Part shown: positions 14,447 through 28,000 of the stretch, piece by piece
Layout: every line of letters begins with the position of its first letter
Numbering within the stretch: the first letter of the stretch is position 1
From: Tubulanus polymorphus
Taxonomy: Eukaryota; Animalia; Nemertea
NCBI RefSeq assembly: GCF_964204645.1
Contig: NC_134028.1
Span: forward strand, 5,642,001 to 5,706,000
Direction of reading: 5' to 3'
DNA: 64,000 nucleotides
Made by a program: the position numbers and the translations under genes
The notes under the pieces: model-generated
What the model saw: only the letters and a program-made list of their open reading frames with translations
The model's database searches: none
Told to the model about the DNA's origin: nothing

Positions 14447-17400
14447 CTACTTGTTTTCGGATAAGACTTCATCGATCGCTTTCGCGAATAGGTCGACGTG
14501 TTTCTCTTGGAATAAAAGCGACGGTCTGAATCGTATTGAGTAATCGCCGCATCCTCCCAGATGGAAACCTAAATCAAACACGAAATAATCGCAATCAGTG
14601 ACACAGCGAAACCTCATTACAACAACCGGCTCTGTATATAATCACTTATCCGACGTGTTTTGACCCAGATGAGAAATTTGATTAGAGAGAATGTACAATT
14701 GACCTCCATCGAAAAGGCAGAATCTACAAGAACGAACCTTTGTTTCTCAGCTTAGTGATTAACGAATCTCTGTATGCTCCGTCTTTACAGTCAATAGCAC
14801 AGAATGTTCCTTGTCCACGGGCGTTATTGACCTGGTCTGGATACTTAGCCTACAGTATAAATATGCCGCTAAATGTTATCCACTTACCATCGAATATGAT
14901 CGACATATTTAATGCAAGCAATTCGAGAAATTATCGAATACTAAGTATTGCTCCACTCACCGTCAATGTATTCAGCAGAGCTAGCAGTTTAGCACCAGTA
15001 GTTTGAACGAGTTGCAGAAGATTTTTCTCCTTAATCTCTTTCAGTACATTCTCTACGAGTATTAGTTTCTGCGGGTCTCCCATCCATGTGTTGTATATTC
15101 TATTGCCCTATTAACAAAACAAATCAGATCAACAAACCTCAAATCAACAAACGTGGCCATTATAAAAACCTTGATGTTTCTGTTCAGAGTAGTTTTCACA
15201 ACAAGTGGAATCATATCTAATGATGACATTTTTTTTGAATTATGAGATAAATTCTACCTCTTCAGGCATGAATTCTTCTTGGAAATAAAATCCGCCGGTG
15301 ATCATTTTCTTGCTGAACGACACGATACTGGGTGGCTCCGGCAAGTTCCAGTGTTCGTGAGCCCACATTTTACCGGTAGCTCCGCAGCCGGTTTGTACCT
15401 CATCCACGATGAATCCTATATCGAACTAAACGATAAACACATAGAGATATGGGGGGTCGATTAAGAAGCCTTATCCGTTAAAAAAGGACGATCGGAGTGG
15501 ATACAGTGTAGTCTCTTTACAACGAACATCAGGGGATATGAAAATCTGTTCATTTTAACAGATATTTCATTGCATCCAATGTAAAATTAAATCATCTCAT
15601 GTAGGATGAAATCTCCGATAAATCGTTTTATCCAAGTTCGTTATAAAGAGGTCTCACTGTGTTACATTTTTCATGAAACTCGGATAAATATTGTGAATGA
15701 TTCACTTAAAGTCGATCCTTACTTCTTTGCAAATTTGTTGAAGTTGTCGGAAAAATTCCGGCGAAGCGTAACGATCTCCGCCCTCGGCTTGAATCGGCTC
15801 GACTATTATACCGACGACCGGCTGGATATCCTTGTTTCGGTGAATCAATTCGCGAACCTGAAAAATAACGAAGAAAATATCTTACGCAGTGATACAGTGA
15901 GCCAGGGGCACGTGGTGACTGTGTCAGGAAAAGCACAGAGGGCACTTTACACAAAAAGGGCCAATATTTAGGCTGGCTTCAAAGTTGCAAAATCTATTTA
16001 CAATTATTTACTTTTCGAATAATTACAACGAATGTACGATGAGGGTATTACCCGCATCTCATTGTGAATGATCAACTAGCTAAAAACATTTTCGCTAAAG
16101 AAGACAAGGGCACTGACTGACACGCTTGACAAGGCCTAAAACTGTCCTAGAGTGGATAAGCATTTCAGACCAATACACTTCGCTTAACTCACAACTGCGA
16201 AACTCAATCCAGTACTTCAAATTTTTACCTCTTTCAGGGATTTTTCTTCAGCTGCTTTGTTTTCGGCCTCATGTTTTTCCAATGGGAATTTCGACGCGGG
16301 AAATTCAGCATACGGCCATTCGAGATGCGGGCTGTCGAGTTTATGCAACCATTTCGTGTGCGTTACGCTCAAACATCCTGCGATAAATATTCTATGGATT
16401 AAAATGCATGGATTTCTACTAGAAATGATTCGAGCGTAAGACAATTTCAGCCTGGCCGGATATCAGGTGATGATCGCAGTTGATTAAAGAAGTTTATCAA
16501 AGATTTTTTACGCATGATTATGAAAATGCTTTATAAATGCTTGATATCTAAGAGAATATTTCTGTTCAATATACAAAATCTTTAGCCAAAAAGAAAATGC
16601 ACTGTTGACCTCCGATGGACATAACAAATATTTTCGGATTGAAAGAAACTTATCCAGTACATTTATTTGGTCATTGTACAGTAAATGCTCAGGTAACACA
16701 AGACAATACTTTGGCCTCCACATGAACTAATTCATGAGTTCATGATAGGTTATGAAAACCTACATGCATATTATATGTAGGGTACAAGGTTTCCTCATTA
16801 TGCCCTGTGAGTTATACTCACTACTCCAAGACATGAAGTTGAACTGACCAATTGATCTTGTGATGACAAATAGGCTACCGATACATACCTATTGATCGAC
16901 CGTGAAATCCACCGGTGAATGACAGAATTGATAATGGTGGACAGCCTGGTGGCTTATTGGCCATCGCGCTGTCCATTTCTTCTTGAGTCGGGGGTTTACC
17001 ACCACGTTGCTTTCTCTAAAACGTAACATATTCAGAATAAATCTCGCCGGACATTTCGCTCAGAAACTGGACTTACTCCAATGAGTTATTTCAGATTTCA
17101 GAATCAAAATCATCGAAGATAATGCCCTCCAACTGTGGAATTGGGACCTGTTCATGTCATTTGACTAAACCTAAAATATGTAGGCTAATATCTTTTGAAA
17201 ATTGACTACTGTCTTATGTAGCTTAGCTCAATTAACTTTTCACAGGAGCTAACAAGCTCTAGAGAGCGTACTGTATCCATTCGACATAAATCAATTCATT
17301 AGATCTAATTGCTGAGGGAATTGTTAACAGAGCTAATACATTTGATAGCTATTCCATGCAGCTATGCGCGATGCTGTGTAAAAAGGCTGTACAAAGCCAA

Positions 17401-20400
17401 TTTTATTTCAAACATGTTCATTGCCATGTCATCCATGGAAAATGTGTGGCTTCCAAGGGACAATAAATCTTTCAAGTCTTAGATGAGAAATTGAGGAAAT
17501 CAATCAGAGTTTTCAAATCCTTCACTCGCCGCATGTTTTCTTACCATATATCGGAAAAATAACGATTTGAAAGAATGTTCGTTTGAGCAAGTACCGCACA
17601 TCATAGTCTGTACGCGGTTGAAACCAGGAGGCGCTACCTAAAAAATTTCCAAAAAAATAAAAACGAAAAAAAATTCAAGCGCTGATAGAAAAAGATGAAC
17701 TACCGGAAATTATACGACGAACTTACAGTCAGTAATATGTCTCGGAGTTTGTCTGGCCAGTCTGTTGGTGGGAATGCACCCAGGGCAGGACGGTTGACAA
17801 TTGTCGACTAATAAAAAAATTGAATTTAGAATAAGATTATTCACGCACTGCATCAATCTGTTTATTCATTTCTATAATCGGCGATGTAAAATATGCTTAA
17901 AAAATTTCAATACGTTGACACAAAATTCATAGATCACAGAAAGGCCTAAATGACTAGTTCGCTGGCTTTATGGCGAACTGTCAAATATGCAATTTTTATC
18001 GAAAATGAGCCAGACATACCATCAAAATCACCATCTTTTAAAGTTTCATTTCATGCTTATTAGGTATGGATCAGACAACTAATTATTTTACTCAGGCTAA
18101 TTAAATGGTGAATATGGTTTTTCCCCCGTTTTTCCTTTTTGGCGAAGGCGAATACCATATATGGGCATACATATACGTTGAATATGGGGAATTAATTAAA
18201 TCGTTGCACAGTGAACCGTTGTGCATGGTAAATCGATGACATGATTTTTTTGGTTAACCGTCGAATATATTCACTCCATATAAAATATGGCGACTTATTT
18301 CTTTCAGTTCAAAAACATTGGTAACTATTAGTCACTTTCTGTATTTGCTTGTTTATCAATAAGCTGAAAAGGGACCTCAATCAGCTGAGAGTGACAGAAA
18401 AGTTCAAAAAATCTTAAATTGATTATTTGACAGTTTTAACGCGAGCGCATATTCGGTTCACCAGAAAGCCAGAAAATTGACCTTTGATACAACGATAAGA
18501 TAACTTTAGCAGTCAATATAAAATCAATAATATATAATCTCCACTGATTGTTGGTAGTGTGTGCTAACAAATACATTAAAATGTTAAACTTACAGTAAAA
18601 TTTGTGTTACGCATCGCGTCCAATAGCCTTGGATGATTATACCCTAAAATCAATGAAATTCATGAGATGAATCCAGCAGGGCGAAAATCCATCAGGCAAA
18701 AAATCGCTTTTTAAAATGTTGAGCAATTGGTCAGGTTAGTTTGGCCTTTTAGGGAACTAACTAAGGGGGTTTTGAAAATAGAATGAATGCTTTGATTTGG
18801 TATTTGCTTCCCATCAAAGTATAATTTTCCTGATGATAAAATTCCAAAATTCTCAGAGAAAACTTTTATGTTAATGATCATTTTGCCCATGATTCAAGCA
18901 TTTACTCAAGGTAAATGCTGGATATGAAACCATTGAAGTCTTAAGAAAGATTAAATTATCTACGTAAGTCTTTGCTATCATCATAGCGGGGTATCGTGAC
19001 ATTTCTTCACGACGAGAAAAATCAATACTGCATCATCGGAATTTAATTAAGCGATGGTTTCATATGATGCCACTCTATGAAAGTATAACATCACAGCGGG
19101 GTATACTGATTACACTCTGTTCTCAGACTCAAGGTTAACTTCTATATAAGCATCCAACTTTCCCTGCTCCAAACGTTTGAACATGAAGTCGTGATTTTCC
19201 AGTCGCTGAGCTTTGGATCAAACTATCCATAAGTATGCATGCAAATGGTACTACAACTTAAATGCCAGTCAATGCTGGTTAATTTAGACAGTAAAAACTC
19301 TTATATGAAATACAGCGCTGGCTGGTATTGGACAGTCAATGCAATGCCTGAATGGCGCTCAGATAGTGAGGAAGAAGAAAGCGGCATTGAGCAATTATAA
19401 CGAAGATCCCAAACTCTCATGGTGGGATTTTAATTAATCCTTGACTAATGTAGGTAATAGGCCCCTGGTGAAAAATGACAGGAGCCCCGAAAGTATTCTT
19501 CATAGTGTTTCATTCCACAATGGGGACAAGTCTACCAGAACTGGTGTAGGAAGCTGGCGCAATCACTCCTATATCTCTATATCACTACCATATGTAAAAG
19601 CATCTACAGTCAGCCAGCTTGTATCTCCTATCATACTTTCAGTGATTCATAGAAAACAATTGTCTGGACATGTGCGCTGTCTCAAAAAACCAGACTAGAA
19701 AATAAAACAGTTTATCTTACCAAGAGGCAACGAGGATATTTGAGTAAACAAATCCAACAACACATTGCCATCCGCATCCACTACGTAATTGCCTTGACTT
19801 TTATCATAATCCACGAAGAATTGCACAGCTTTTGTATTCTGGAATAAAGAAAACCTAGTTACATGTAAACATCATTGTAAAAATGTTGAATCATCGGCCT
19901 TAATAATTTATGATATTTGTACCTGTATTTTGCTTAAATCGCTCAACAACTCTTTCGTTTTCGGTCCGGGTACAGCAGTTTTCACGCATGGTTCATTTGG
20001 CTCGTTTATTGCGAGGCTGGCAATTTGACGAACTACAACATGGGATCAATATAAACAATATTTTATGAAATATGTTGAAATTCATTGCATCCTAGCAGCT
20101 CCTCTCATTTGAGACAATATCAAATTATTGATATTATTTAAGAGATAGCTGATGATGGCATGAAAAAAAATGCATCATAAAAATAACTTAGGCCTATTGT
20201 TTCTCTGTCAACTAGTAACTTATTCACTATAATTTATATCTATTTCATGAAATACGATATTTTACAATAGGCTGAGTCACAGGCATTGTACAAAGATCAC
20301 TTTTCCAATATCATCTTGGAATATTGGTTATAACTGATTAAATACATTGGCATGGTTCTGAAATATTTCGTGGTTTCCAACCAATGTACTGATACTCTTT

Positions 20401-20944
20401 ATTATCTTGGGACAAATTACTGATTACAGTGATATCTGCGCTATACAAATATGAACATTCATTCATTCATTAACAAATGTTAATTACTCCAAGTAATAAT
20501 GAACCCATAGATAAATATTATAAAATGATTAAAACATAAGCAATATGAAAGTTATTGGATCATAATATGTATTGTAAGTGAATCCCATCCTAAATAGTAA
20601 TTAATGTCGAATTTGGCTATTTACCTAAGGCATTTGTATATCTTAAATTGATATTTATTATTATTGAATTGATAAAGATACATTCAAAAAATATAATACG
20701 CCACTCATGCGGAATTCAGCGGCAGGGGATTAACGTAACAGCCGTTACATACAAATTCAAAACATTAGTAATGTAGAATTTACATTGCATTACACTTTTT
20801 AAACTAAATTGATTATTTAGTTATGTTTTAGATTAAAGGTTTGAAGCAAACTGAGGGACGTTTTAGGTATTTACCTTGCCTTGATGAACCGATAGCAGAC
20901 CTGAATCGAGACAGCATCGCGCGACTATTCATGACGGCAGCCAT
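14447..20944 (-). CDS. ABAT: 4-aminobutyrate aminotransferase (GABA transaminase), mitochondrial, 493 aa; 13 exons: 20875-20944, 19923-20032, 19721-19838, 18594-18643, 17727-17807, 17545-17637, 16889-17015, 16229-16377, 15723-15857, 15258-15425, 14961-15107, 14738-14849, 14447-14568
   Basis: Arg/Ser-rich transit peptide, [66 protein letters not shown]-lysine motif [23 protein letters not shown]. Exons sum to 1482 nt in frame. Confidence 0.95.
15504..15659. mobile_element. Tc1/pogo-like MITE (CAGT termini) in an ABAT intron; related copies near 12871-13040, 29582-29766, 46490-46586
   Basis: Imperfect 24-bp TIRs: CAGTGTAGTCTCTTTACAACGAAC and GTTCGTTATAAAGAGGTCTCACTG. TA on the left flank. Confidence 0.6.
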
Positions 20945-21934
20945 ATTCCAACTGATCAACTCCTACGGTCAGATCCAGGGACGATTCAAGGAATTTCAAT
21001 CAACTAGGTCGTCGGCAATTGAACTTCGATTATCGCATAATGACGTGATTACCGCTATACTTCAAGATACGAGTTTACCTCGTTATCTGTTTCTCAAAGC
21101 GTATAGATATAATAGATCATTAAACGGAGATATCATCTTAGTAACGACCCCTGTAAATGGGCATATCCGACTAAATCGCCATCTAACGGAATTGGACGTC
21201 ATTAAAATTACGACTTTCAATACTGTTTCTAAATATTGCATTCTCAGTTACAAAGTAACAGTTTGATTAAACGCAAATCAATTATTTGGAAGGTCTCTCG
21301 CGTTGGAAAGATCCCCGATGACGATGAACTATAACATTGTATAAGTTAAAGTGGAGTAAACACTCAAAATTGTGACTAGATTAGTTATTAGATTTAAAGG
21401 AGAAATAAATTTCATAAATCTAAAAAACCATTAAATCAAGTTTTCAAAATGTTTTTCCTAACCCGAGTAACATGAGAGGCGATCTAGTATCTTTCGAAAC
21501 TGTGTTGAGTATAATGACAAATTTTAGAAGATTAACTCCTGCTGAAATGTATCAAACAAAGTGAGAAACGTTTTCAATATGCGCTGCTGGCCTTCCAAGA
21601 GAAAGGATTTTTCAACCGAACAAGAAGCCCAGGTAGCCGTTCGACTGCTTCTTTTTTTAAAGATCAACTGCTTTTATGGATAAATTAGATAAATTAAAAG
21701 TTAAATTAGATCGATTTATGAGTTAAACCTTTTTGTGAAACTGGGCCTCTGTCCATGGACCCAAAGTTGCTAATTATTTAAGGACGGGCCCAGTTTCATA
21801 AGAAAGTTCAAAAGCCTAAATCGGTTAAGTTTGAATTGTAATCCTCATTGAAAAATTAATCATTGACATAAAAATTGAGTTTAACCCATTTGTGAACCCG
21901 CCGAGCCTGGTCATTATTTGAATGCGGGCCCTGT

Positions 21935-22016
21935 AGACGTCATCAGTGATGTCATACTTCTACTCGATTTTGTAGTTATCACGGCTGCCACCAGATGGCG
22001 GCCACATCCCGGAAAT
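21935..22016 (+). promoter_or_regulatory. Putative STOX promoter: CRE-like GACGTCA, overlapping CTCF/YY1-like TGCCACCAGATGGCGGCC (21986-22003), ETS-like CCGGAA
   Basis: Motif matches lie ~100 bp upstream of the STOX ATG, within the 1.15-kb divergent interval between ABAT and STOX. Confidence 0.45.
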
Positions 22017-22096
22017 AAGATTGACGAAGTTTTCGAGAAGTGTAAACAACATGGGATGAACGAGGAGCGAATGCGGCACCAAAGATTACCTTCAAA

Positions 22097-25000
22097 ATGC
22101 ACCCCCGACACGCGAAAGATAACAAACACGTTTTACGGGGTAACGTTGCTCTTGTGCCTCGATGTTTGGCGGTGGTTTTGAAGGAAATACCGCGACACCG
22201 CAGTACTTCAGCTGAAGTTCTAGACGTGGAAGCCGCTGGCGGGGGCCAGAAAACTTCGAAAACCGGCCACCAACTACATCATCATGAATCGAGTCAGCAG
22301 GTCCACGACGAGCTGACTGTAAATGATGGAAATAAAACAGCATTGTCATCATCCGTCCATCATCACCATCATCATAACCACCGGAGCAGCGGTCACAAAC
22401 AACATGTTCATCATCGCATTGATTCGAAAATTCCGAAATTGGTTTTCGACGCTTTCGTGCAAGAGAATAAAAACTGCGCGTATTTAGGCGAGAGTATTCG
22501 TAAAATGAAATACAAGGGTTGCATCGAGCACGTTGTCGACGCGTTCGTGTTGCTTCTCGGCAGCGACGAGGTCGATTTGGAAATCATTCGGAATTCTTGG
22601 ACTAAGAGAATGTTGAAGCCGCCAAAAGGATTTTTCATTCATGGAATAGGTAGGTTTATGTGGTTGGGTTTCCGTAAGGTTTTATCAACAGAAATGTTGT
22701 GAGTTCAAAATTTTGGATGAACTTTTGAAACTAGGCTGTAGGATCCAGTTTTGCGGTTGCCAAGTGGGCCAAAGTCAGATGTAGGCCTATAGGCTCAGTC
22801 AAAATAGTGCATACCCTATATATGCACATTAATAGGCCTACATGCACTAATTTCCGACTTTATCTTATTTGTGCCACCAGGTGGTTCAAAACAAATTTAG
22901 ATACTTAAATGCAGTCAAACTGTGGAACTGGGTCTTGGAGCAGCTGTCAAAAAAAAATTCCTTTAGAATAGGCCTAAGCCTTTAGAATTGATTCCTTTTT
23001 GATTCAAGGCTTTTTCAAATTTGTCACTATTTAAGTTGTATTCATTGAAGAAATTGGATCATATTTTCTAGTGACTCAAGAATTGTTCAATTAATACACT
23101 TAATATTGAATTGTTCCTCTAGTTGTTTTTTTGTTAAGAAAACCGATTTACGGATTTATTTTCTCGATCTAGGTGACGTAAACGGGATCGAAATGCAGAC
23201 GATTCCTCAGACTCAGTTTATTTCGTTACCGGAAGCCGTAAGCGACGTCGTCTCCGACTTGAACGCGAACAAGATCCCGGCGACGAAGGACGTTCTGAAA
23301 CAGCGTCTTCTCGAAAACTTTCGCGGCATGCACTTACCGTCGGATAAAATGGTCGAGGAGAGCTTGCAAATTCTGGTCGCCGAACGGAAAGTTTATCAAA
23401 CCGGTAAGAAGAAATGTTCAGTTCGATGGAACTGTTTGACAGGGTGGCCACTGACCTGGGAAACCCGGAAAACTCAGGGAATCAGATAATTCTAGAAAAA
23501 AAAACAGCGAACTCAAATTTTACCAAAAACCTGAAAAATTCTGGGAATTTGGATAATGCTCATTACCTCGTGTTTCTTTATTGATACGCGATTCAATAAG
23601 AAATGAATTTTGAGTTAAACTTTTTCGTTACTCTGGGTCCTCGGCACAGTTTCATGGACCGGATTTGATAATCTTTAGGGGTTGAATCGTGAATCTTGGG
23701 AATAACTGCCCTAGTGACTATTATTAATCTGATAATGGCCCAGTACGAAAAATAATGAAGTTGTGATTACATTTTGTCTTCAATCGGTATTCAATATGCA
23801 GTCTAAACTGCAGTCCCTAATCTTTCATATCATTTTGACTAGTACTGGGTATATGATGAGGTTAGAAGAGTTCGGAATTTAGTTTTTGTTTGCATTACAA
23901 AAAATTCTTCGGAATTCTACCTGTAGCCATTCTCTCCGTTTTGAAAACTGTGACTGCGTTTAATTGAAAACGACAATCTTTTCGGTATTTTCTTTTAATT
24001 ATAGCCTAGTAGTACGGGGGTGTCGCGAACTGTTGTTCCGTTCAGATATTTCTATACTCGCTCGGTATGACTCTATCGCTATAAAATCGGTAACAAGACA
24101 ATCGGACAAAGGTTATTTCCGTAAATTCGTAGTAAACCGTTGTCGGCATTTGCTCAAGCGCGCGATTAATCCAATTTATATAGACAAGAAAACGTCGCGT
24201 GAAGCCTTTCCATTTATACTTCACTTTACTACAACAAACAGAAAGTTATCGCAAGTTTTCATTGTTTCGCAACATTCCAATTACTTGAAATAGCTTTTGT
24301 TTCGTTTCGAAACCACTCGTTGATCCGATTTTGGATTTTAGTTTTTTCATAGTGGGACTACTTAATACAATAGCGTTTCTTGAACCGGCCTTGAGACCCC
24401 AAATGCAGTGTCGAGATTAAGTTTACAAATTAATTTCAAACTTCTGTTATCGAATGTCATACTTAATGTTTTACTCTGATGAGAATTTATAATTCTGACA
24501 GTTCGCTATTGTGTACTAGGCCTACTGGGTATTAGTAGGAATTGTGCATACAGCCATTCTAAATGTACATACATAATTCACGGACAATTTTCGCTTGATT
24601 GCTCATTATTGCTGTGAGAAATCAATTAGCGTTCAGAGGCGTCATTATATAATACATGAGACATGTAATTATTGTCTGTTTATGGGGACAATAGTATGTA
24701 TTGTAACTATTATCTACTGATTAGTAAGCTTCGATTAACATGTTAACACTCTAGCCTCCATTACTATTGTCCTCTTGTTTATGACATAGTTCCTGTGCTA
24801 TGCCCCCTTTTCTTTAATTAGCAAGTCTCGATCTTGAGATCTCTTGTTCAGAGTGCCAGATTCTAGGATTTAGCAGCAACTTTATGACACCTGAATGTTA
24901 TCAATCCAGAGACACACTTCGACCCCACTAGAGTTTTATCATATTTTCTACTGATAGGTCTATTTAGATTTGTTTTTGAAACGACTTAACTGTTCTCAGT

Positions 25001-28000
25001 AATTTGCATGGTCATTCGCTAAAGTAATATTTTTTCATCTAACAGAAACCAAAATACATGTATTGTTTGATAGAAAAAACGTGATGGTTGCGGAACTAGG
25101 ATTAGTGGATGTGAATCCCGCTCTTTCGCTGGGTCTACTTTCCCAGTCGGATTTTAACTACAGTAAATCTTGTCTAATGCCGAGATACATGTATCAAACA
25201 TCCATTGTAATCCGGTATATATAGATACACGTATCAAACATCTGATGCAATCCGGTATATATAGATACATGTATCAAACATCTGATGCAATCCGGTATAT
25301 ATAGATACATGTATCAAACATGCGATGTAATCCGGTATATATAGATACATGTATCAAACATGCGATGTAATCCAGTATATATAGATACATGTATCAAACA
25401 TCTGATGCAATCCGGTATACATAGATACATGTATCAAACATGCGATGTAATCCAGTATATATAGATACATGTATCAAACATCTGATGCAATCCGGTATAC
25501 ATAGATACATGTATCAAACATCCGATGCAATATTCATTTATCATCGAGTTAATCTAGTTTTGATCCATCGGAGTCCGACCCCGCCGCTGCCGTTCTTTCG
25601 TTCGCCGTGGTCGTCATTTTTCACACTTGTCATTCGACGCTGGAGATGATCAATTCCGCCGGTCGGATAGTGCGTCGGCTTAAATTATAAAAACATCGCA
25701 TAATCAGAACTTGCACGCAGTAATGCAGCGATATTTTAGCCCGATCAGCTTCCTATACTGATAAACCGGTGACTGGCCTCATTCATCAATATGGAAATTG
25801 TTATGGTAAATATTAGAATTGATATTCATGGATCTAAGCAGAGGTGACATGGGGGCAACTGGTTCGCGGTAGAAATGCGATAGCGATAATGCCATAGGTA
25901 GAAAATGCTAGAGGTTTATGATTTATATCTCTAGCATTATTACCCTGATTCTGGACAACTAGATACTGGTTGCAACAGGGGCGCGTCCAGGAGTTTTGCT
26001 TGGGGGTTCACACTCACTCAAATGACCAAAAAATGTTTGAATTTGGCTTTCTGAGATGTATTCTGAGGTGTATTGATTGGGCTGAAGTATCTACGTTTTG
26101 TAGCTATAGGCTTATAATGCGATAAATACATTTTTACCCTCTTATCCTGGAAAGGTTTTTTCTGAAGGCTTTCAGAGGGGTTCTTCTGGCAACAAGTGAA
26201 CTCTCTGGATCCACCCCTGTACAATATGTTGTTTATCAACTGGTTCATCAAGGTTTAAAGATGTTTATTTAGTATTAAGATTTAGCTTCATAAGATATTC
26301 GTTTATACACCTTTCTCTAGATAGGCCTAAATCATAAAACAGTTTTTTGCGCGGATTTTTTTTCGTTGCGCTATCTGTTTGTACTCCAAAAATCGATCAT
26401 AATGCTTCAGTTTTTAGATTGTTTTATACAGTCGACACTATACCTCCCTTGGTTTTCTAGAACAGATTACCGTTTTTGCATAGAATGCTGCTGCTGCTAT
26501 TGAGTTCATTATTAAGTCGTTGCTGCCACTAATCAATTACATGAAATATTCCTTAGAGCTGAGATGTATTTCTGGTGATGAAGTTTGTTAGAGATATGCC
26601 CCTGATGCTAAAGTATAATATGCATATGGAAGAAAATCAATGGCGTATTGGGTTTTATGCCGGTAGCAATGATCTTATGGATTATCTTTCAGCTTCAAAC
26701 TGGTTTTAGGGGTTTTTGCTTCATCTCTCTATTATATATACGTATATCTTTATCCATATATGTATAGATATACATATGTTTATTTAGGTATCATCTGGTA
26801 TACGAACAAACAAGCCTATCATAATATATTTACAAATTTTTCAAATGCGTTCTCTTCATTGCATAGTATGTACACTTTTATTTGAGAAAATGTTTTGGGA
26901 TTTTTTCCTTCCGATGGCCGTGTAATCTGTAAAGGATTTTTTGTTGGAGTTTGGAAAACAGAAAGCTTGTATTACCGGTAATCCATGAAACAGGTTTAAC
27001 ATGATCTACTTTTTTTTAAGTCCAAATTTCCTTTGGGATTATGAATATTGAATCAGTAGGACGTATGAGTTTAAATGCTTATACATCACAAACAGTGTTC
27101 GAATTACATGAGGCCTATAGAATATTACTCGCCAGTTCTCATTACATACCACTCTTAATGTTATCCAGGAGAAACATTTCTTTTAGGAATGGTTCAAGTA
27201 TTTAAATGCTTTTCAGAGTGTTCTTTATTACGGACTCTTAAAGACTCTCAATCAAGGATTCTGTTTACATACAAGATTCCCGACTTCATTTTAAAAGCGC
27301 TTGCAGTTATCATCTGAATAGATCCTTCTTATGAAGCTAAGGGTTTTTGTCCTGATGGTTTACAGGGTTCAGAGAGCTATCAGTCTTTGAATGTTTTCTT
27401 CTGTTTTGGCTTATTTTGAAAAGTGCTTGAAACTCCTTTTATTTGAGCAAAATGCCTGAAACTCCTTGAAAACTCTTCCAATTTTGAGAAATAGGCGATT
27501 AGAAATGTTTGTAGTTGTATTGTAGACTACGCCTACATCGATAAAGGTGGGACTAGGATTTTTTCTTTTTCTACCCAATAAGGCGGCTACCAAATTAGAA
27601 AAACTGAGTTTAGTAGCATAAAGGATAAAGATATATGCTTACAAAACCACTGAATTAATGGTTTACTGAGATTGACAGTACCGGATTAAGGATGAGTGGG
27701 ATATGAAAGCGATGCAGACACTTCCTTGAAATTTCAAAATTTCCTCCTTTAAAACTCCTCGAAAACTCCTTATATCCAGGAATTACCGATGTCAGTGGTG
27801 ACCCTGTCCTAGATGTTGAAAATATATATGGAAAAATTTTAGAATTTAGATGGTATGTAAAATGTATATGGATTTTCGATGTTATTGTATAGGCCTGAGT
27901 TGAAATTAGTTACTTCCAATGTATTTCCCTTCAATCAAACTCAACAATTGCTAATGAAAACGCACAATGAAGTTTCGATAACTGCTCATTTATCCATTGC

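Noticed and set aside
20625-20641. Possible extra ABAT mini-exon with an AG|GTAAAT donor
   Set aside because: 17 nt would break the frame; exons 1 and 2 already join in phase.
20841-21266. 141-aa plus-strand ORF
   Set aside because: Non-ATG start, antisense to ABAT exon 1 and promoter, no recognisable motifs.
25181-25530. CRISPR-like array
   Set aside because: Repeats are contiguous with no unique spacers, no cas genes are present, and the context is a eukaryotic intron.
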